Origin: Candidatus Bathyarchaeota archaeon
GTDB lineage: Archaea; Thermoproteota; Bathyarchaeia; Bathyarchaeales; DTEX01
Length of the DNA: 64,000 bases
Assembly (NCBI GenBank): GCA_963714275.1
Contig: CAVQNT010000006.1
Location: 128,001-192,000, forward strand
Direction: 5' to 3'
Position numbers and translations under genes: made by a program. Position 1 is the stretch's first letter; each line of letters begins with the position of its first letter. Below, piece by piece: positions 52,359-62,573 of this stretch. The notes under the pieces were generated by a model. That model was not told the origin of the DNA. It was given only the letters and a program-made list of their open reading frames with translations, and did not search any database.

Positions 52359-53570
52359 GTGGTTAGACCCGTAACCTTCACGAATCAAGGGCAACAACTC
52401 ATGGGCGTCCTCCACGTGCCAGACGACCTGAAACCAGAACAGAAAGCTCCCACCATAGCTATGTTCCACGGATTCACGGGACACAAGTCCGAAACTCACA
52501 GGCTTTTTGTCCGCATTGCCAGAGCCTTATGCAGTGCAGGGTTCGTTGTTTTACGTTTCGATTTCAGGGATTCAGGAGACAGCGACGGCGACTTCGAGAA
52601 CATGACCGTAGCAGGAGAAGTAAGCGACGCAGAACAGGCAATAACCTTCCTGTCGGGATTGCCTGAGGTTAATGACAAAACCGTAGGCGTCATCGGATTA
52701 AGCATGGGCGGAAGAGTCGCAGCGATCCTTGCCTCAAAAGACAACCGCGTGAAGTTCGTTGCATTGTATTCCGCAGCGTTGGCTCCGTTAAAGCCGAAGT
52801 TCTGGCAAGGTCTCAGCAACGAAACCGTCGGGAAGCTCGAGAAAGGCGAAGCCATCCAGCTTAATGGCGGATGGTACGTGAAGAAGCCTTTCTTCGACAC
52901 CCTCGACGAAACTGTCCCGCATGAAGTTATGAGCAGAATTAAGGTTCCCGTCCTGATAGTCCACGGTGACTCTGACCAAACTGTTCCCCTGGAAGGAGCT
53001 GCTAAAGGCTACGAAATCGTCAAAGACCTGAACACCAAAAACGAGCTCTACATCGTCAAAGGCGGAGACCACGTCTTCTCAACAAGGGAACACACGCAGG
53101 AAGTCACCGAAAAGACTGTTGGATGGCTGAAATCACTTGACCTAAAAGGTCTTGCACAACAGGCTCTAAAAGAAGCGTTCGAGCCATCGATAGATTACGT
53201 TAAGCCGTGGTTCCACGGTTCGCCACAAAGGTTCAGCATCCTTCGCAAAGGAAGCACAATAACCCAAGAAGAAGAACTCGCCAGAGTGTTCTCCCACGAA
53301 CCCACATTAGTCAACGTCTCAGACAATGGCATAATAAAGCATGATGGCAAAAAATCGGGATTCCTCTACCGAATCACGGAAGACATTTTTCCGGAAGACG
53401 TTCAATCCCACCCACAGTCAACCATGCAGCCGGGAAAGGAATGGATTACGACGAAAGACCTTCAGGTTGAACAGGTGGGCGTAACATTCATCACCCCTAA
53501 AGAAATCCTAACAAGCAAAGAAATCGCGAAACTAAAAGAAAAACTCAAAACGAAACCCAGTAAAACTTAA
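52359..53570 (+). CDS. Alpha/beta hydrolase fused to a C-terminal ART-like domain
   Basis: HGFTG, GLSMGG, HGDSD, GDHVF; tail WFHGS...GFLY...PGKEWIT. Confidence 0.8.
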   Translation: MVRPVTFTNQGQQLMGVLHVPDDLKPEQKAPTIAMFHGFTGHKSETHRLFVRIARALCSAGFVVLRFDFRDSGDSDGDFENMTVAGEVSDAEQAITFLSGLPEVNDKTVGVIGLSMGGRVAAILASKDNRVKFVALYSAALAPLKPKFWQGLSNETVGKLEKGEAIQLNGGWYVKKPFFDTLDETVPHEVMSRIKVPVLIVHGDSDQTVPLEGAAKGYEIVKDLNTKNELYIVKGGDHVFSTREHTQEVTEKTVGWLKSLDLKGLAQQALKEAFEPSIDYVKPWFHGSPQRFSILRKGSTITQEEELARVFSHEPTLVNVSDNGIIKHDGKKSGFLYRITEDIFPEDVQSHPQSTMQPGKEWITTKDLQVEQVGVTFITPKEILTSKEIAKLKEKLKTKPSKT

Positions 53571-53679
53571 ACCTCGTCGCATCCAAAGACTCGTTTTTTT
53601 CGATAAGCTTAAGCGCCAACAGTAAACTTAACAATACGCTGAATACTCATAATTATTTTGTTAAGGTAGTTGGTCAAAA

Positions 53680-55851
53680 ATGAAGAACGTTCCACAGATA
53701 TTGTTGCACGCAAAACTTGATGAGCTGGGATGCCCTCCTCCAAGCGTAGATCATGCAAGTCACATAGCACACCTTACTTTAAAGGGGTACACTAAACTTG
53801 CAGCGGACCACATTCTTCACCCGGAAATGAAAGACCACCTAGTAGAAACAGTTGGCAATGTGGTTCGTCAACTCACCTTAGCGTTTAACCAAGCCCTCCT
53901 TGAAAAGGATTCGGAAAAAAGCATCATTTTATACTCAAGAATTTATGAAACCCTAGTAAATCTGGCGCTAAACCTTGTCGGCTTAGAAACAAAAATTGTG
54001 GGATTCTCCGACGCTGAAGCGAATGTCTCTCTTTCATTATTGAAAATAGCCTTGAATGACCTTGAGGCCCTTGAAAGAAATGGTGTCTTTAGCGGAGAAC
54101 AAAACGAGCCTTTGGTCGCAAAAGCCGTGGTCGATAGTGTCCTGACAGAAATGAAGACCGTGATGAAGGGCGTTTATAGACCGCCGGGGGCTATGGTTGC
54201 TCACGCTGCAGAGGAAATCGAGAAGAATTTGAGCAACGAAAACATCATGAATTCTTTCCTGCAACTGGCTAAGCAGCAGATTCAAGAGAACATCTACTAC
54301 AAGTGGAGTGCATCGGGGACGGGCAAGTTTGGCAACGACTACGCCTTGGGTCTCAGGTGGCTTCGCCATTTAGGCTTCGTTCAGGTCTCGACGAACCCGT
54401 CGTTAGCTGCAATAGCCTATGACGACGACACTGCGCAGTGGGAGGGCTACAGAGGAGAAGACCTGTGCCCCGATTTCAGAACCATCACCAAACAACACAC
54501 AGAACTATTCACAAACCCTGTGGCGCTTGAGGACGAAATAACCGCGTACGCAACCGAAGTCAGCATCTGGCGGAACCTCGCAGTTTTCAGACCGATCGCT
54601 ATTGCTTCAAAAATGTTTCACGGGATGATTAGCCTTCAGCTTAACCCGAACATCGCAGACAACTACGAAGAAAGCGTCAGATGCGCCCTAAAGTTTTACA
54701 GCGATGCGGAACAGTTTCTTAAGCAGTACGACTCTTACTTGCTTTGGGGCTACTCCGGGAATGTGGAGCGGAGCAGACCAAACATTGTGTTCAAGGTTGC
54801 AGGCAGCTCTCCGGCATCAATCGACGTTACGAGGAAACTTGAAAGCCTCGGCGTAGGCACAAACAACACCGTCACCTTCACGGTTTCCCAAGAGGTCGAA
54901 CTCATACTGGCCAAGATGGAAGGAAGGGCTGAAGCAGTCAAGAAAGGCGTCCCGTTGACGACAGTGTACGAGACGAACATGGGCGGAAGGCTCGACGACC
55001 ACGTGAGAGAGGTCCAGGTTGAAACACTCATAAATAAAGCGCTTGAAAAAGTTCACGAAAAGGAGAAGGCTCTGAAAAAGCTCGCTGAAGAGCTGGGAGC
55101 ATGGAACGAAGCAGCACAGAAAAAGAGTTTAGCTGAAAAAGTGGCAGTTGCCAGCAGTCGAAAGTACCTTCGTCCATTGAACAAAGAGCCTTTGGTCAGT
55201 TTCCTCGCAGACCACAATATGCCTTTCGGCTCTAAAGAACAGGTGAAAACTTACCTTGAAACCTTAGAAAGCGACATCAGTTACTGCGGGATCCTCGTCA
55301 CAAAGAGAGTTTACGAAATCTTCTTCAGCGCACAGAACAAGCAAAAGTGGATTGTGTTCCTGCAGCGGAAATATGGTTTAACAATGAAGCAGGCTGAGGA
55401 GGTCATAAAGGGAATCGACATTCTTCCAGCTTCCAAGAGGCATTCGAAGGAAACGTTGCTTACTTTGGCAAAGGAAAACATGACGCACACTGAGTTCCCG
55501 AACCATCAAACAGCGGTTGTGACGGCAAGCTCCGAACTGAGCTTTAAGGTCGGAGATTATTGCGAATCGGTTTTGAAGACAGTTGACCCAGAAATCCTTG
55601 AAAGGCTGATTGGAAATGCTTCTGACATCAAAAAAGTCGTGGAAGAAGCCTACGAAGTAACTGCACGTCAGTTAGAAATTCTTAAAGAAGTAAAAATATC
55701 GAATCCTAAAAAATATGGTTCCAAAGGGCTCTTGCCAATGCAGTGGGGAACCTTCGGGGCGACCGTGAAGACGATGGACGAGTTCTCAAACAGCTACGAA
55801 ACGTTCAAGGCAAAATGCGTCGAGTTCGTTAGAAAAATTTCTGAAGAATAA
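53680..55851 (+). CDS. Large transaldolase-family protein
   Basis: STNPS, SLQLNP, PNIVFKV (Lys), NNTVTF, GRLDD. Confidence 0.82.
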   Translation: MKNVPQILLHAKLDELGCPPPSVDHASHIAHLTLKGYTKLAADHILHPEMKDHLVETVGNVVRQLTLAFNQALLEKDSEKSIILYSRIYETLVNLALNLVGLETKIVGFSDAEANVSLSLLKIALNDLEALERNGVFSGEQNEPLVAKAVVDSVLTEMKTVMKGVYRPPGAMVAHAAEEIEKNLSNENIMNSFLQLAKQQIQENIYYKWSASGTGKFGNDYALGLRWLRHLGFVQVSTNPSLAAIAYDDDTAQWEGYRGEDLCPDFRTITKQHTELFTNPVALEDEITAYATEVSIWRNLAVFRPIAIASKMFHGMISLQLNPNIADNYEESVRCALKFYSDAEQFLKQYDSYLLWGYSGNVERSRPNIVFKVAGSSPASIDVTRKLESLGVGTNNTVTFTVSQEVELILAKMEGRAEAVKKGVPLTTVYETNMGGRLDDHVREVQVETLINKALEKVHEKEKALKKLAEELGAWNEAAQKKSLAEKVAVASSRKYLRPLNKEPLVSFLADHNMPFGSKEQVKTYLETLESDISYCGILVTKRVYEIFFSAQNKQKWIVFLQRKYGLTMKQAEEVIKGIDILPASKRHSKETLLTLAKENMTHTEFPNHQTAVVTASSELSFKVGDYCESVLKTVDPEILERLIGNASDIKKVVEEAYEVTARQLEILKEVKISNPKKYGSKGLLPMQWGTFGATVKTMDEFSNSYETFKAKCVEFVRKISEE

Positions 55852-55859
55852 TGAGTTTA

Positions 55860-56870
55860 TTATCCGTCTTCATCTAGGCTTTTTGTGAGGTTCGCCTTCA
55901 GAATTTTGATTGCCCGTTTAACCGCAGACTCGAAATCGCCTATTCCGTTTATTCCTGCCGCGGTTGAGTGACCGCCTCCCATCCCGTGGAGGTACTCGCC
56001 TAAAGGCTTAGCTAAATAAGTGCCAACGTGGAAGCCCGTTTTTTTGTAGAATTCTTGGTCTGACCTGATGCTTATCTGCAGTTGGTCGTCTTTCTTTCCG
56101 CCAACCATCGCCAAATGAGCTCCTGTTTCGACCAGTGCCCTTGCAGCTGAGGCTTGGAATGATCTTACGTGCGAAAAGATGATTAGCCAATTGTTAACTT
56201 TCAAAATCCTCAATCTTCTGCTGGCTTTAAGCCGAGCAATGCGTTCAGAAAGGTCAATGGGAAGAGAAAGATGAGACAGAATTTCATGGGCATTCACGCC
56301 GGCATCCATCAAGTCAGCTACGGTCTTAAAAGTATGTGAGTTTGCCAGTATGAAATGCTTCGTATCAAAGGCTATTCCGAGGAAAAGCGCCTCTGCTTCT
56401 TCCTTCGAGGGCTCAATGCCGAGCTCTTTGAAAAACCCGTACACAATTTCGCACGTAGACGAGGAACCTTCATCCGAGATGCAAAGGGCACCGATCTTTT
56501 CAGTCTCTGGGTGGCTTGCGTGGTGGTCAATAACGACAACTGGCGAACGGGCTTTTTTCACTTTATCGCCCCATTCTCCAAGTTGTTTCACAGTGTTCGT
56601 GTCCAGCATCGCTATGATGTCCGCGTCTCCAAAGCGAGGTTCGCTGGTCAAAACTTTGATTGGTAAACAGGTGGTCAACGCTTTTGACAGTTTACTCATG
56701 CCTTCAGGGCAGGCAATGTCAACATTTACGTTTGGCTCCAATCGTTTCAGGAGTCTTAAAAAGGCGAATGCTGAGCAAAGGGCATCTGGGTCTGCGTTTT
56801 GGTGACATAGTAAAATGATGTACTTTGGTTTGACCTTGCTTATTAGTGACTTTATGTTTTTAACTGACAT
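55860..56870 (-). CDS. DHH/DHHA1 phosphoesterase
   Basis: HQNADPD, IDHH, GGGHSTAAG. Confidence 0.93.
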   Translation of the reverse strand: MSVKNIKSLISKVKPKYIILLCHQNADPDALCSAFAFLRLLKRLEPNVNVDIACPEGMSKLSKALTTCLPIKVLTSEPRFGDADIIAMLDTNTVKQLGEWGDKVKKARSPVVVIDHHASHPETEKIGALCISDEGSSSTCEIVYGFFKELGIEPSKEEAEALFLGIAFDTKHFILANSHTFKTVADLMDAGVNAHEILSHLSLPIDLSERIARLKASRRLRILKVNNWLIIFSHVRSFQASAARALVETGAHLAMVGGKKDDQLQISIRSDQEFYKKTGFHVGTYLAKPLGEYLHGMGGGHSTAAGINGIGDFESAVKRAIKILKANLTKSLDEDG

Positions 56871-57163
56871 TTCGCTTCACTAATGTACTTGTCTATAGCC
56901 TTAAAGGCAGCCTTAACCGCTTCTTCAGCCAGTCTTTTTTCATCTGTGGGCTTCTTCATGCGAGAAAGAGTTAAATCAACATCGACCTCGACATTTAGTC
57001 TTTCGGATTCTTCTAAATTTACTGAAACCGTCAGGTCAGAGATTTCTTGGTTAGAAACCTTCGATGTTATGTATTTTCTAGCAGCATCATCAGCTATCGT
57101 GCACAATTCTTCATACAAATCGTCAGAGGGAAAGGACCTGCGTGGTTCATCCAAAACTTTCAC
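56852..57163 (-). CDS. DUF3194 family protein
   Basis: Helix-strand-strand-helix acidic protein between pfdB and the DHH gene. Confidence 0.7.
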   Translation of the reverse strand: MKVLDEPRRSFPSDDLYEELCTIADDAARKYITSKVSNQEISDLTVSVNLEESERLNVEVDVDLTLSRMKKPTDEKRLAEEAVKAAFKAIDKYISEAKCQLKT

Positions 57164-57165
57164 CG

Positions 57166-57534
57166 TTAGGTGGAAGAGAATGGACGTAAATCTTTCTGGA
57201 GTTTTTCGTTTAGGTCTTTAATCTGGGTTCGCAGCCGTTCTTCCTGTTTGCCTAGAACAGAAATCCTCATGTTCGAAAGTTCTTTCTTTTCCTTAAGTTC
57301 ATCAGTAACCTTCGGCTTCTCTGATTTGATCAGAAGTGAGCCAACTGACTTGTAGATTACGCCATTGTCAGCTGTTTTTTCGAGCTCACCTAACGCTTGG
57401 TCAACCTCTAGGAGTTCAAGTTCGACCTGCTGCTTCTGGGTCAAGACACTTTGAAGCGTCTGCTGCAACTGCTGTAACCTCATTAATCGTTCTTGAACAG
57501 CTGGAGGAAGTGTGACGCCTTCACTCATAATCAT
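57166..57534 (-). CDS. pfdB: Prefoldin beta subunit
   Basis: LPP..Q coiled coil, IYKSVGSLLI hairpin. Confidence 0.95.
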   Translation of the reverse strand: MIMSEGVTLPPAVQERLMRLQQLQQTLQSVLTQKQQVELELLEVDQALGELEKTADNGVIYKSVGSLLIKSEKPKVTDELKEKKELSNMRISVLGKQEERLRTQIKDLNEKLQKDLRPFSST

Positions 57535-57650
57535 CCAACACCGTTATGTCCATTGTTTCGGTTGTTCACCATTAGTATGCATGGCTTTAATTAAAACGTT
57601 TCCCAGCACAGGGCGGAAGGTAAACATTGCCTTAAAATTCCGAAGATGAA

Positions 57651-57989
57651 TCAGAGGCTTTGGGTGAGCTCCTCGACCTTCTGAATTATTGCATCAGCTG
57701 AATCCTGCAAAGTTTACATTTCAACATATGCTATGCCATAGTAGGTCATGAGTTTCAATGCTTCTTCAGAAAATACTGATATGTCGACCAAGCCTATAAC
57801 TTGACATTTTCGGTCTTTAATGGGTACCTTTGTAGTGGAGACCCAGCGAAACTGACCATCTGTCCTCTCGGATTTTTCAACCTTACCAACCAATTGTTGA
57901 CCTTTTTTGATGATTTCTTGTTCATTGTTAAAAGCATCTCTGGCATGTTCTAGCGCAAGCTCAGCTAACTCAACACCCAAATGCGACAT
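57651..57989 (-). pseudogene. PAS/PAC domain fragment joined to an unrelated tail
   Basis: DGQFRWVSTTKVPIKD..QVIGLVDIS, then VFSEEALKLMTYYGI; shifted helical tail ends at 57651. Confidence 0.55.
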
Positions 57990-58088
57990 TGATAACCAAG
58001 CTTATCAAAAGAAAGAACACTTTAGTTGGATAGAAGTAAGATTTAAGAAAGGCGGCACGAAATTCAAACGGAAAGCGAGAGAGCTTAA

Positions 58089-59882
58089 ATGAAGCAACTG
58101 ATCCACAACGGCATCCTAGTCCCGCATTATGAGTGGAAAAAAATTCGTATCAAGATTAAAGGTTCAGAGGTGGAGTTGGATCCACAACAGGAAGAGATGG
58201 CTGTCGCGTGGGTCAGAAAACTTGGAACCGACTACGTCAATGATAAAGTCTTTGTTAAAAACTTCTTCAACGACTTCTGTAAAGCGTTGGGTTTAAAAGA
58301 AACACTTGACCCAGGAGTATTTGACTTCTCAACCATCATAGACTATGTTGAAAGTGAAAAAGCCAAGAATCTCAGCCTTTCAAAAACGGAAAAGAAGCAG
58401 CTAACGGAAGAACGAAAAAAACAGAGAGAAGCCTTCAGGGAAAAATATGGGTACGCCACCGTTGATGGCGTCAGAACCGAGATTAGTAACTACACTGCTG
58501 AGCCATCAAGCATCTTCATGGGCAGAGGTAAACATCCTTTGCGTGGCAGCTGGAAACAGGGACCCCGAGAGCAAGACATTGAACTTAACCTTTCTTCTGA
58601 CGCTCCGCAACTTTCGAGTAATTGGAAACGTATTTGGCAACCTGAAGTCATGTGGGTTGCTAGATGGATGGACGTGCTGTCACAAAGAATAAAGTATGTT
58701 TGGCTTGCTGAAAACAGTACGCTTAAACAGGCGAAAGAGATAGGGAAGTTCGAGAAGGCGAAGGAGCTTCAAAGAAACATCGAACGCATAAAGAACCGCA
58801 TAGCGGAAAACTTGAACTCAACGGATCTTAAACGGAGAAAAACAGCCACAGTCTGTTTCTTGATTGACAAGCTTAAAATCAGGGTAGGCGACGAGAAAGA
58901 CCCTGACGAAGCAGACACGGTTGGAGCCTCAACCCTCAGACCTGAACACATCTACTTTAACGATGACGGGAAAGTGACCTTCAATTTCCTCGGCAAGGAT
59001 TCTGTTCCCCACGTTTTCATGGAGGAACTTCCAGAAAACGTCGTGAGAAACCTTAAAGAATTTTCTTCGAACACAAAATCCACACTTTTTAACGGCGTTG
59101 ATTCAAGCCGCGTGAGCGAGTTTCTCGGCGAGGTTGTTCACGGTCTTTCAGCGAAGGTTTTCCGAACATATTATGCTTCACATGCTGTTGAAGGTATGCT
59201 TGAAGATGCACCTGTCAAAGTCGAAAATCCAGATTATGCCAAAAGGTACACAGCAACAATGGCAAACCTTGAGGCTGCAAAAACCTGCAATCACAAGCGC
59301 ACCATTCCTAAGACGTGGGAATCCTCATTACAGAAGCAAGAAGAACGACACAAGAGTATTGTTGACAAGTCCAAGATTTCTCAAGCGAAGTTTCAGCAAC
59401 AAGTAAAGGACCTTGAACAAAAGATTGAAAACCTCTTAAAAAAGGAAGAGGAACGACTAAACACTTTACAGCAAAACCAAAGACTACTTCAGAATCAATT
59501 GAACACAGAAGCAGCACAAAGCAAGATAAACTCAAATCTAACTAAACGAATTGCCAAACAAAAGAAGGCTGTTACTGAACAAAGGGCACGCATTAAAAGA
59601 ATTAGAGAAAGGCATGTTGAACAGGTCAAGAAGAGAAAGGAAAGAGATGATGAAAGACAAAAACGTGAGAAAGATGCGATTGAGAAGTCGAATCTTCAAA
59701 TCGACGCTAAAAGGCAGACTCGAAATTTCAACCTCGGCACTTCTCTCAAGAGCTACATTGACCCGCGCATCTACTACGACTGGGGCAAAAAAGTAGACTA
59801 CGACTGGAAACTCTATTACCCGAAGGCGCTCCAAAAAAAGTTCTCATGGGTCGAAACAGATTCTGCGAAAAAACCTGATTGA
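58089..59882 (+). CDS. Eukaryote-like DNA topoisomerase IB
   Basis: FMGRGKHP, IRVGDEK, FLGKDS, KVFRTY, CNH, coiled-coil linker, TSLKSYIDPR (catalytic Tyr). Confidence 0.96.
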   Translation: MKQLIHNGILVPHYEWKKIRIKIKGSEVELDPQQEEMAVAWVRKLGTDYVNDKVFVKNFFNDFCKALGLKETLDPGVFDFSTIIDYVESEKAKNLSLSKTEKKQLTEERKKQREAFREKYGYATVDGVRTEISNYTAEPSSIFMGRGKHPLRGSWKQGPREQDIELNLSSDAPQLSSNWKRIWQPEVMWVARWMDVLSQRIKYVWLAENSTLKQAKEIGKFEKAKELQRNIERIKNRIAENLNSTDLKRRKTATVCFLIDKLKIRVGDEKDPDEADTVGASTLRPEHIYFNDDGKVTFNFLGKDSVPHVFMEELPENVVRNLKEFSSNTKSTLFNGVDSSRVSEFLGEVVHGLSAKVFRTYYASHAVEGMLEDAPVKVENPDYAKRYTATMANLEAAKTCNHKRTIPKTWESSLQKQEERHKSIVDKSKISQAKFQQQVKDLEQKIENLLKKEEERLNTLQQNQRLLQNQLNTEAAQSKINSNLTKRIAKQKKAVTEQRARIKRIRERHVEQVKKRKERDDERQKREKDAIEKSNLQIDAKRQTRNFNLGTSLKSYIDPRIYYDWGKKVDYDWKLYYPKALQKKFSWVETDSAKKPD

Positions 59883-59887
59883 CTAAG

Positions 59888-61252
59888 CTAATGACCGTAA
59901 AAAGAATCGTAGGGCACGGATAAATCTACGTTTTGCGAAGTCTCAGATTTCTCTAAGCCATACCTTTCGAAAGGTTTTGTCAAATGTCTCTGCGAACGTG
60001 GAGACGAGATGAACAAGCCATGCTTTATGGGTCTTTCAGTTTCGAAAAGGGTCTTTTTAAGGTGTGAACCGTGAAATCCACATTTTGGGCATTCGAAGCC
60101 CTGTCCCTTGCCCATTGACTTCATTCTTTTTCCACAATTTGGACAAAGCGGGTTCATCACTTCCAGAAAAGGCGCAAGCTTGATAATTCGCAACTTTTCA
60201 ATATTGATAGTCACAGGATTCTTGGACGACTTTGGACGGATTCCGCCATAAAGTTCCACGAGGTCTCCCCGAATCAGCTTCATGGCTGCATTGCGGAGGA
60301 CGCCTGTCGGTTCATAAGCTGCGCAATCTACACTTCCAGTATTGTCTTTGATTCGAAAAATAACGTGACCGCCTTGAAGGATGCGGGGCTGTGTTGCTAC
60401 TTCGCCTTGGATTACCACGGGATTGTAGGGTCTAACGTCACTGATCGAGATGGCTCTTTTAAGATGTGCATCAGTTCCCTGGTTAGTTTTAAAGATGACC
60501 CACCGTTCAACAGGTTCGTAGCTAACCACAATTTCATGTCCACGTTTAACAGCCTCAGGCGTCTCTCCCCTTATGCCATAAAGGATAGGGTCAGGGCCTC
60601 TCGGAGTTATCAGAATTCGTCCAGTTTCAGGATCGACATTGTTGAATACTGAACATCCCAGCTGTTCATTTAAGAGTATGACGGATGATTCGTCAAATTT
60701 TCTCGGCGTTCCCCTGTTTTCTTTTATGCGATAGGATATGCACTCGAATGTGTGGTCTCCTCTAAGTCGGGCGCCTATAGCTGCCAGTCCACCGATTAGA
60801 CCTCTTCCCTTTTTGTATCCGCTTGCCTCAGCGTTAAATTTTTTGATGAGCCTTAAAGCTTCGTTCTTTGTAACGATGCCTGTTATTGTTTGTTCAGCGA
60901 AATTTTCGACATCTTTGGGCACCTCGCCTTCAAAGAACACGACTCCAGGATCAGTTCCTCGATCGCTAAGGTCGGATTCTTTCTCAACAGTATCAATGGC
61001 GAGCTCTTTGACTTTGTCGCGAAGTTGGTTGCCGCACAAAATTCTTAGGCAAAGGGCGCCGTTGCCTCTGGTTTTCCACGGTACATTCGGATTCAACCTT
61101 ACAAGAGACGGATAATCGGTGAAGGAGATTCCCAGTTTCATCAGCTTTTCGATGATGAGGGCTGCTACGTAAGTTGTGCATCCTCCTTTGCGGGAGTCGG
61201 TGTCGTCGAAGCCGACGTGCATTTTGAGTTTCGTCATAATCTCAGTTCGCAT
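59888..61252 (-). CDS. tiaS: tRNA(Ile2) agmatinylcytidine synthase
   Basis: GFDDTD..GGCTT, LNPNVPWKTRGN, TNQGTD, AYEPT, C-terminal Zn ribbon. Confidence 0.95.
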   Translation of the reverse strand: MRTEIMTKLKMHVGFDDTDSRKGGCTTYVAALIIEKLMKLGISFTDYPSLVRLNPNVPWKTRGNGALCLRILCGNQLRDKVKELAIDTVEKESDLSDRGTDPGVVFFEGEVPKDVENFAEQTITGIVTKNEALRLIKKFNAEASGYKKGRGLIGGLAAIGARLRGDHTFECISYRIKENRGTPRKFDESSVILLNEQLGCSVFNNVDPETGRILITPRGPDPILYGIRGETPEAVKRGHEIVVSYEPVERWVIFKTNQGTDAHLKRAISISDVRPYNPVVIQGEVATQPRILQGGHVIFRIKDNTGSVDCAAYEPTGVLRNAAMKLIRGDLVELYGGIRPKSSKNPVTINIEKLRIIKLAPFLEVMNPLCPNCGKRMKSMGKGQGFECPKCGFHGSHLKKTLFETERPIKHGLFISSPRSQRHLTKPFERYGLEKSETSQNVDLSVPYDSFYGH

Positions 61253-61387
61253 ACTTTCGCTGTTGCCTGTTTTACCGTAGAAGACTTACGGATGATAATA
61301 TTTATAACTAGTACGTTAACTTAGTAGTATTATAAATACTAGTGGTTCATTTATTAGTTATTACACAAAAACAACCCCAATACATGG

Positions 61388-62572
61388 GTGATTATCAAAA
61401 TGACATCTAAAAATGAAACAGAAAGCAATAGGCTTCAATACTTAGAGGAATTGAGTCCACAAACGAGACAAACGTACAAGACATCACTAAGAGTTTTCTT
61501 TAAACACATTTATGGTGAAGGAGTACTCGAGGACTTAGTACAAAAGTACTTCAGTGAGCAAAGGGATTATGGCAATGACTTAGGTTCATTTTTGGCAAGT
61601 GTGAATGGAAGACCACCAAAATCAGTTAACCTCTACTTGAGTACAGTGAAGACATTCTTCGTTGAAAATGACATTGAGTTACCAGAGAAATATTGGCGTA
61701 GAGTACGTGGAAGGGTTAAAGGAAATAAAGCCAGAACTAAACTTGGAATCCCAACAAATGAACAACTGAAAAAGATTGTCACTTATCTGAACATTGAAGG
61801 TAAGGCACTATTCCTAACTTTAGCGTCCAGTGGAATGAGAATTGGGGAGTGCCTAAAATTGCAACTCAGTGACATTCACCTTGATGAGAGTCCAGTACGT
61901 ATTGAATTGCGGGGGGAGACAACAAAGTCTGGTGATGGACGTACAACATTCATTTCAACTGAGGCAAAGGAACTCATGGTTGAATACCTTAAACATAGGG
62001 ACAGATTGCTAGCAACATCAATCAAACGTAGTGCAAGTGAGAAGTCAGCAGATGACCAAAGTTATTCCCAATGGATGATGGTGAAGCACGTTTTCTTTGG
62101 GGTTCAGCACTTGAGAAATCGGGCTTTAATGAGAAGGATGTGACCACAGGCTATTATGTGTTCCACACACATGTCTTGAGGAAATTCTTTAGGACAAGGA
62201 TGGGTAATGTTATCCCTGTTGATATTGTTGAAGAATTGTTGGGTCATGAAGGATACTTGACAAATGAGTACAGACACCACATCACTGAGGAGCTAGCAAG
62301 TTCTATGAGCAAGGAGAGATTGCCTTAATGGTCTTGGAGCTGCCGTTGAGCAAATACAAACAGAAGTGGACATCAAAGTGAACTAAAAAATTGAGGGTGT
62401 ACTAGACCTTCTAGAACAACAGTTAGAGAATGCTGAGTTAAGGAAACGGATTACCAGACTTGAAGAGGCAGTTGAACAGAACTTCTATAAAGCTGTTGAA
62501 TACGAGGAAGGTAAACGGATGAATATAATGGAAAATGGAATGGAAGCCACACATGAAGCAAGGAGGGAATGA
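61388..62572 (+). CDS. Tyrosine integrase (several frameshifts)
   Basis: SSGMRIGE, TKSG, HVLRKFF, LLGHEGYLTNEY; coiled-coil tail to ~62572. Confidence 0.88.
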
Positions 62573-62573
62573 G

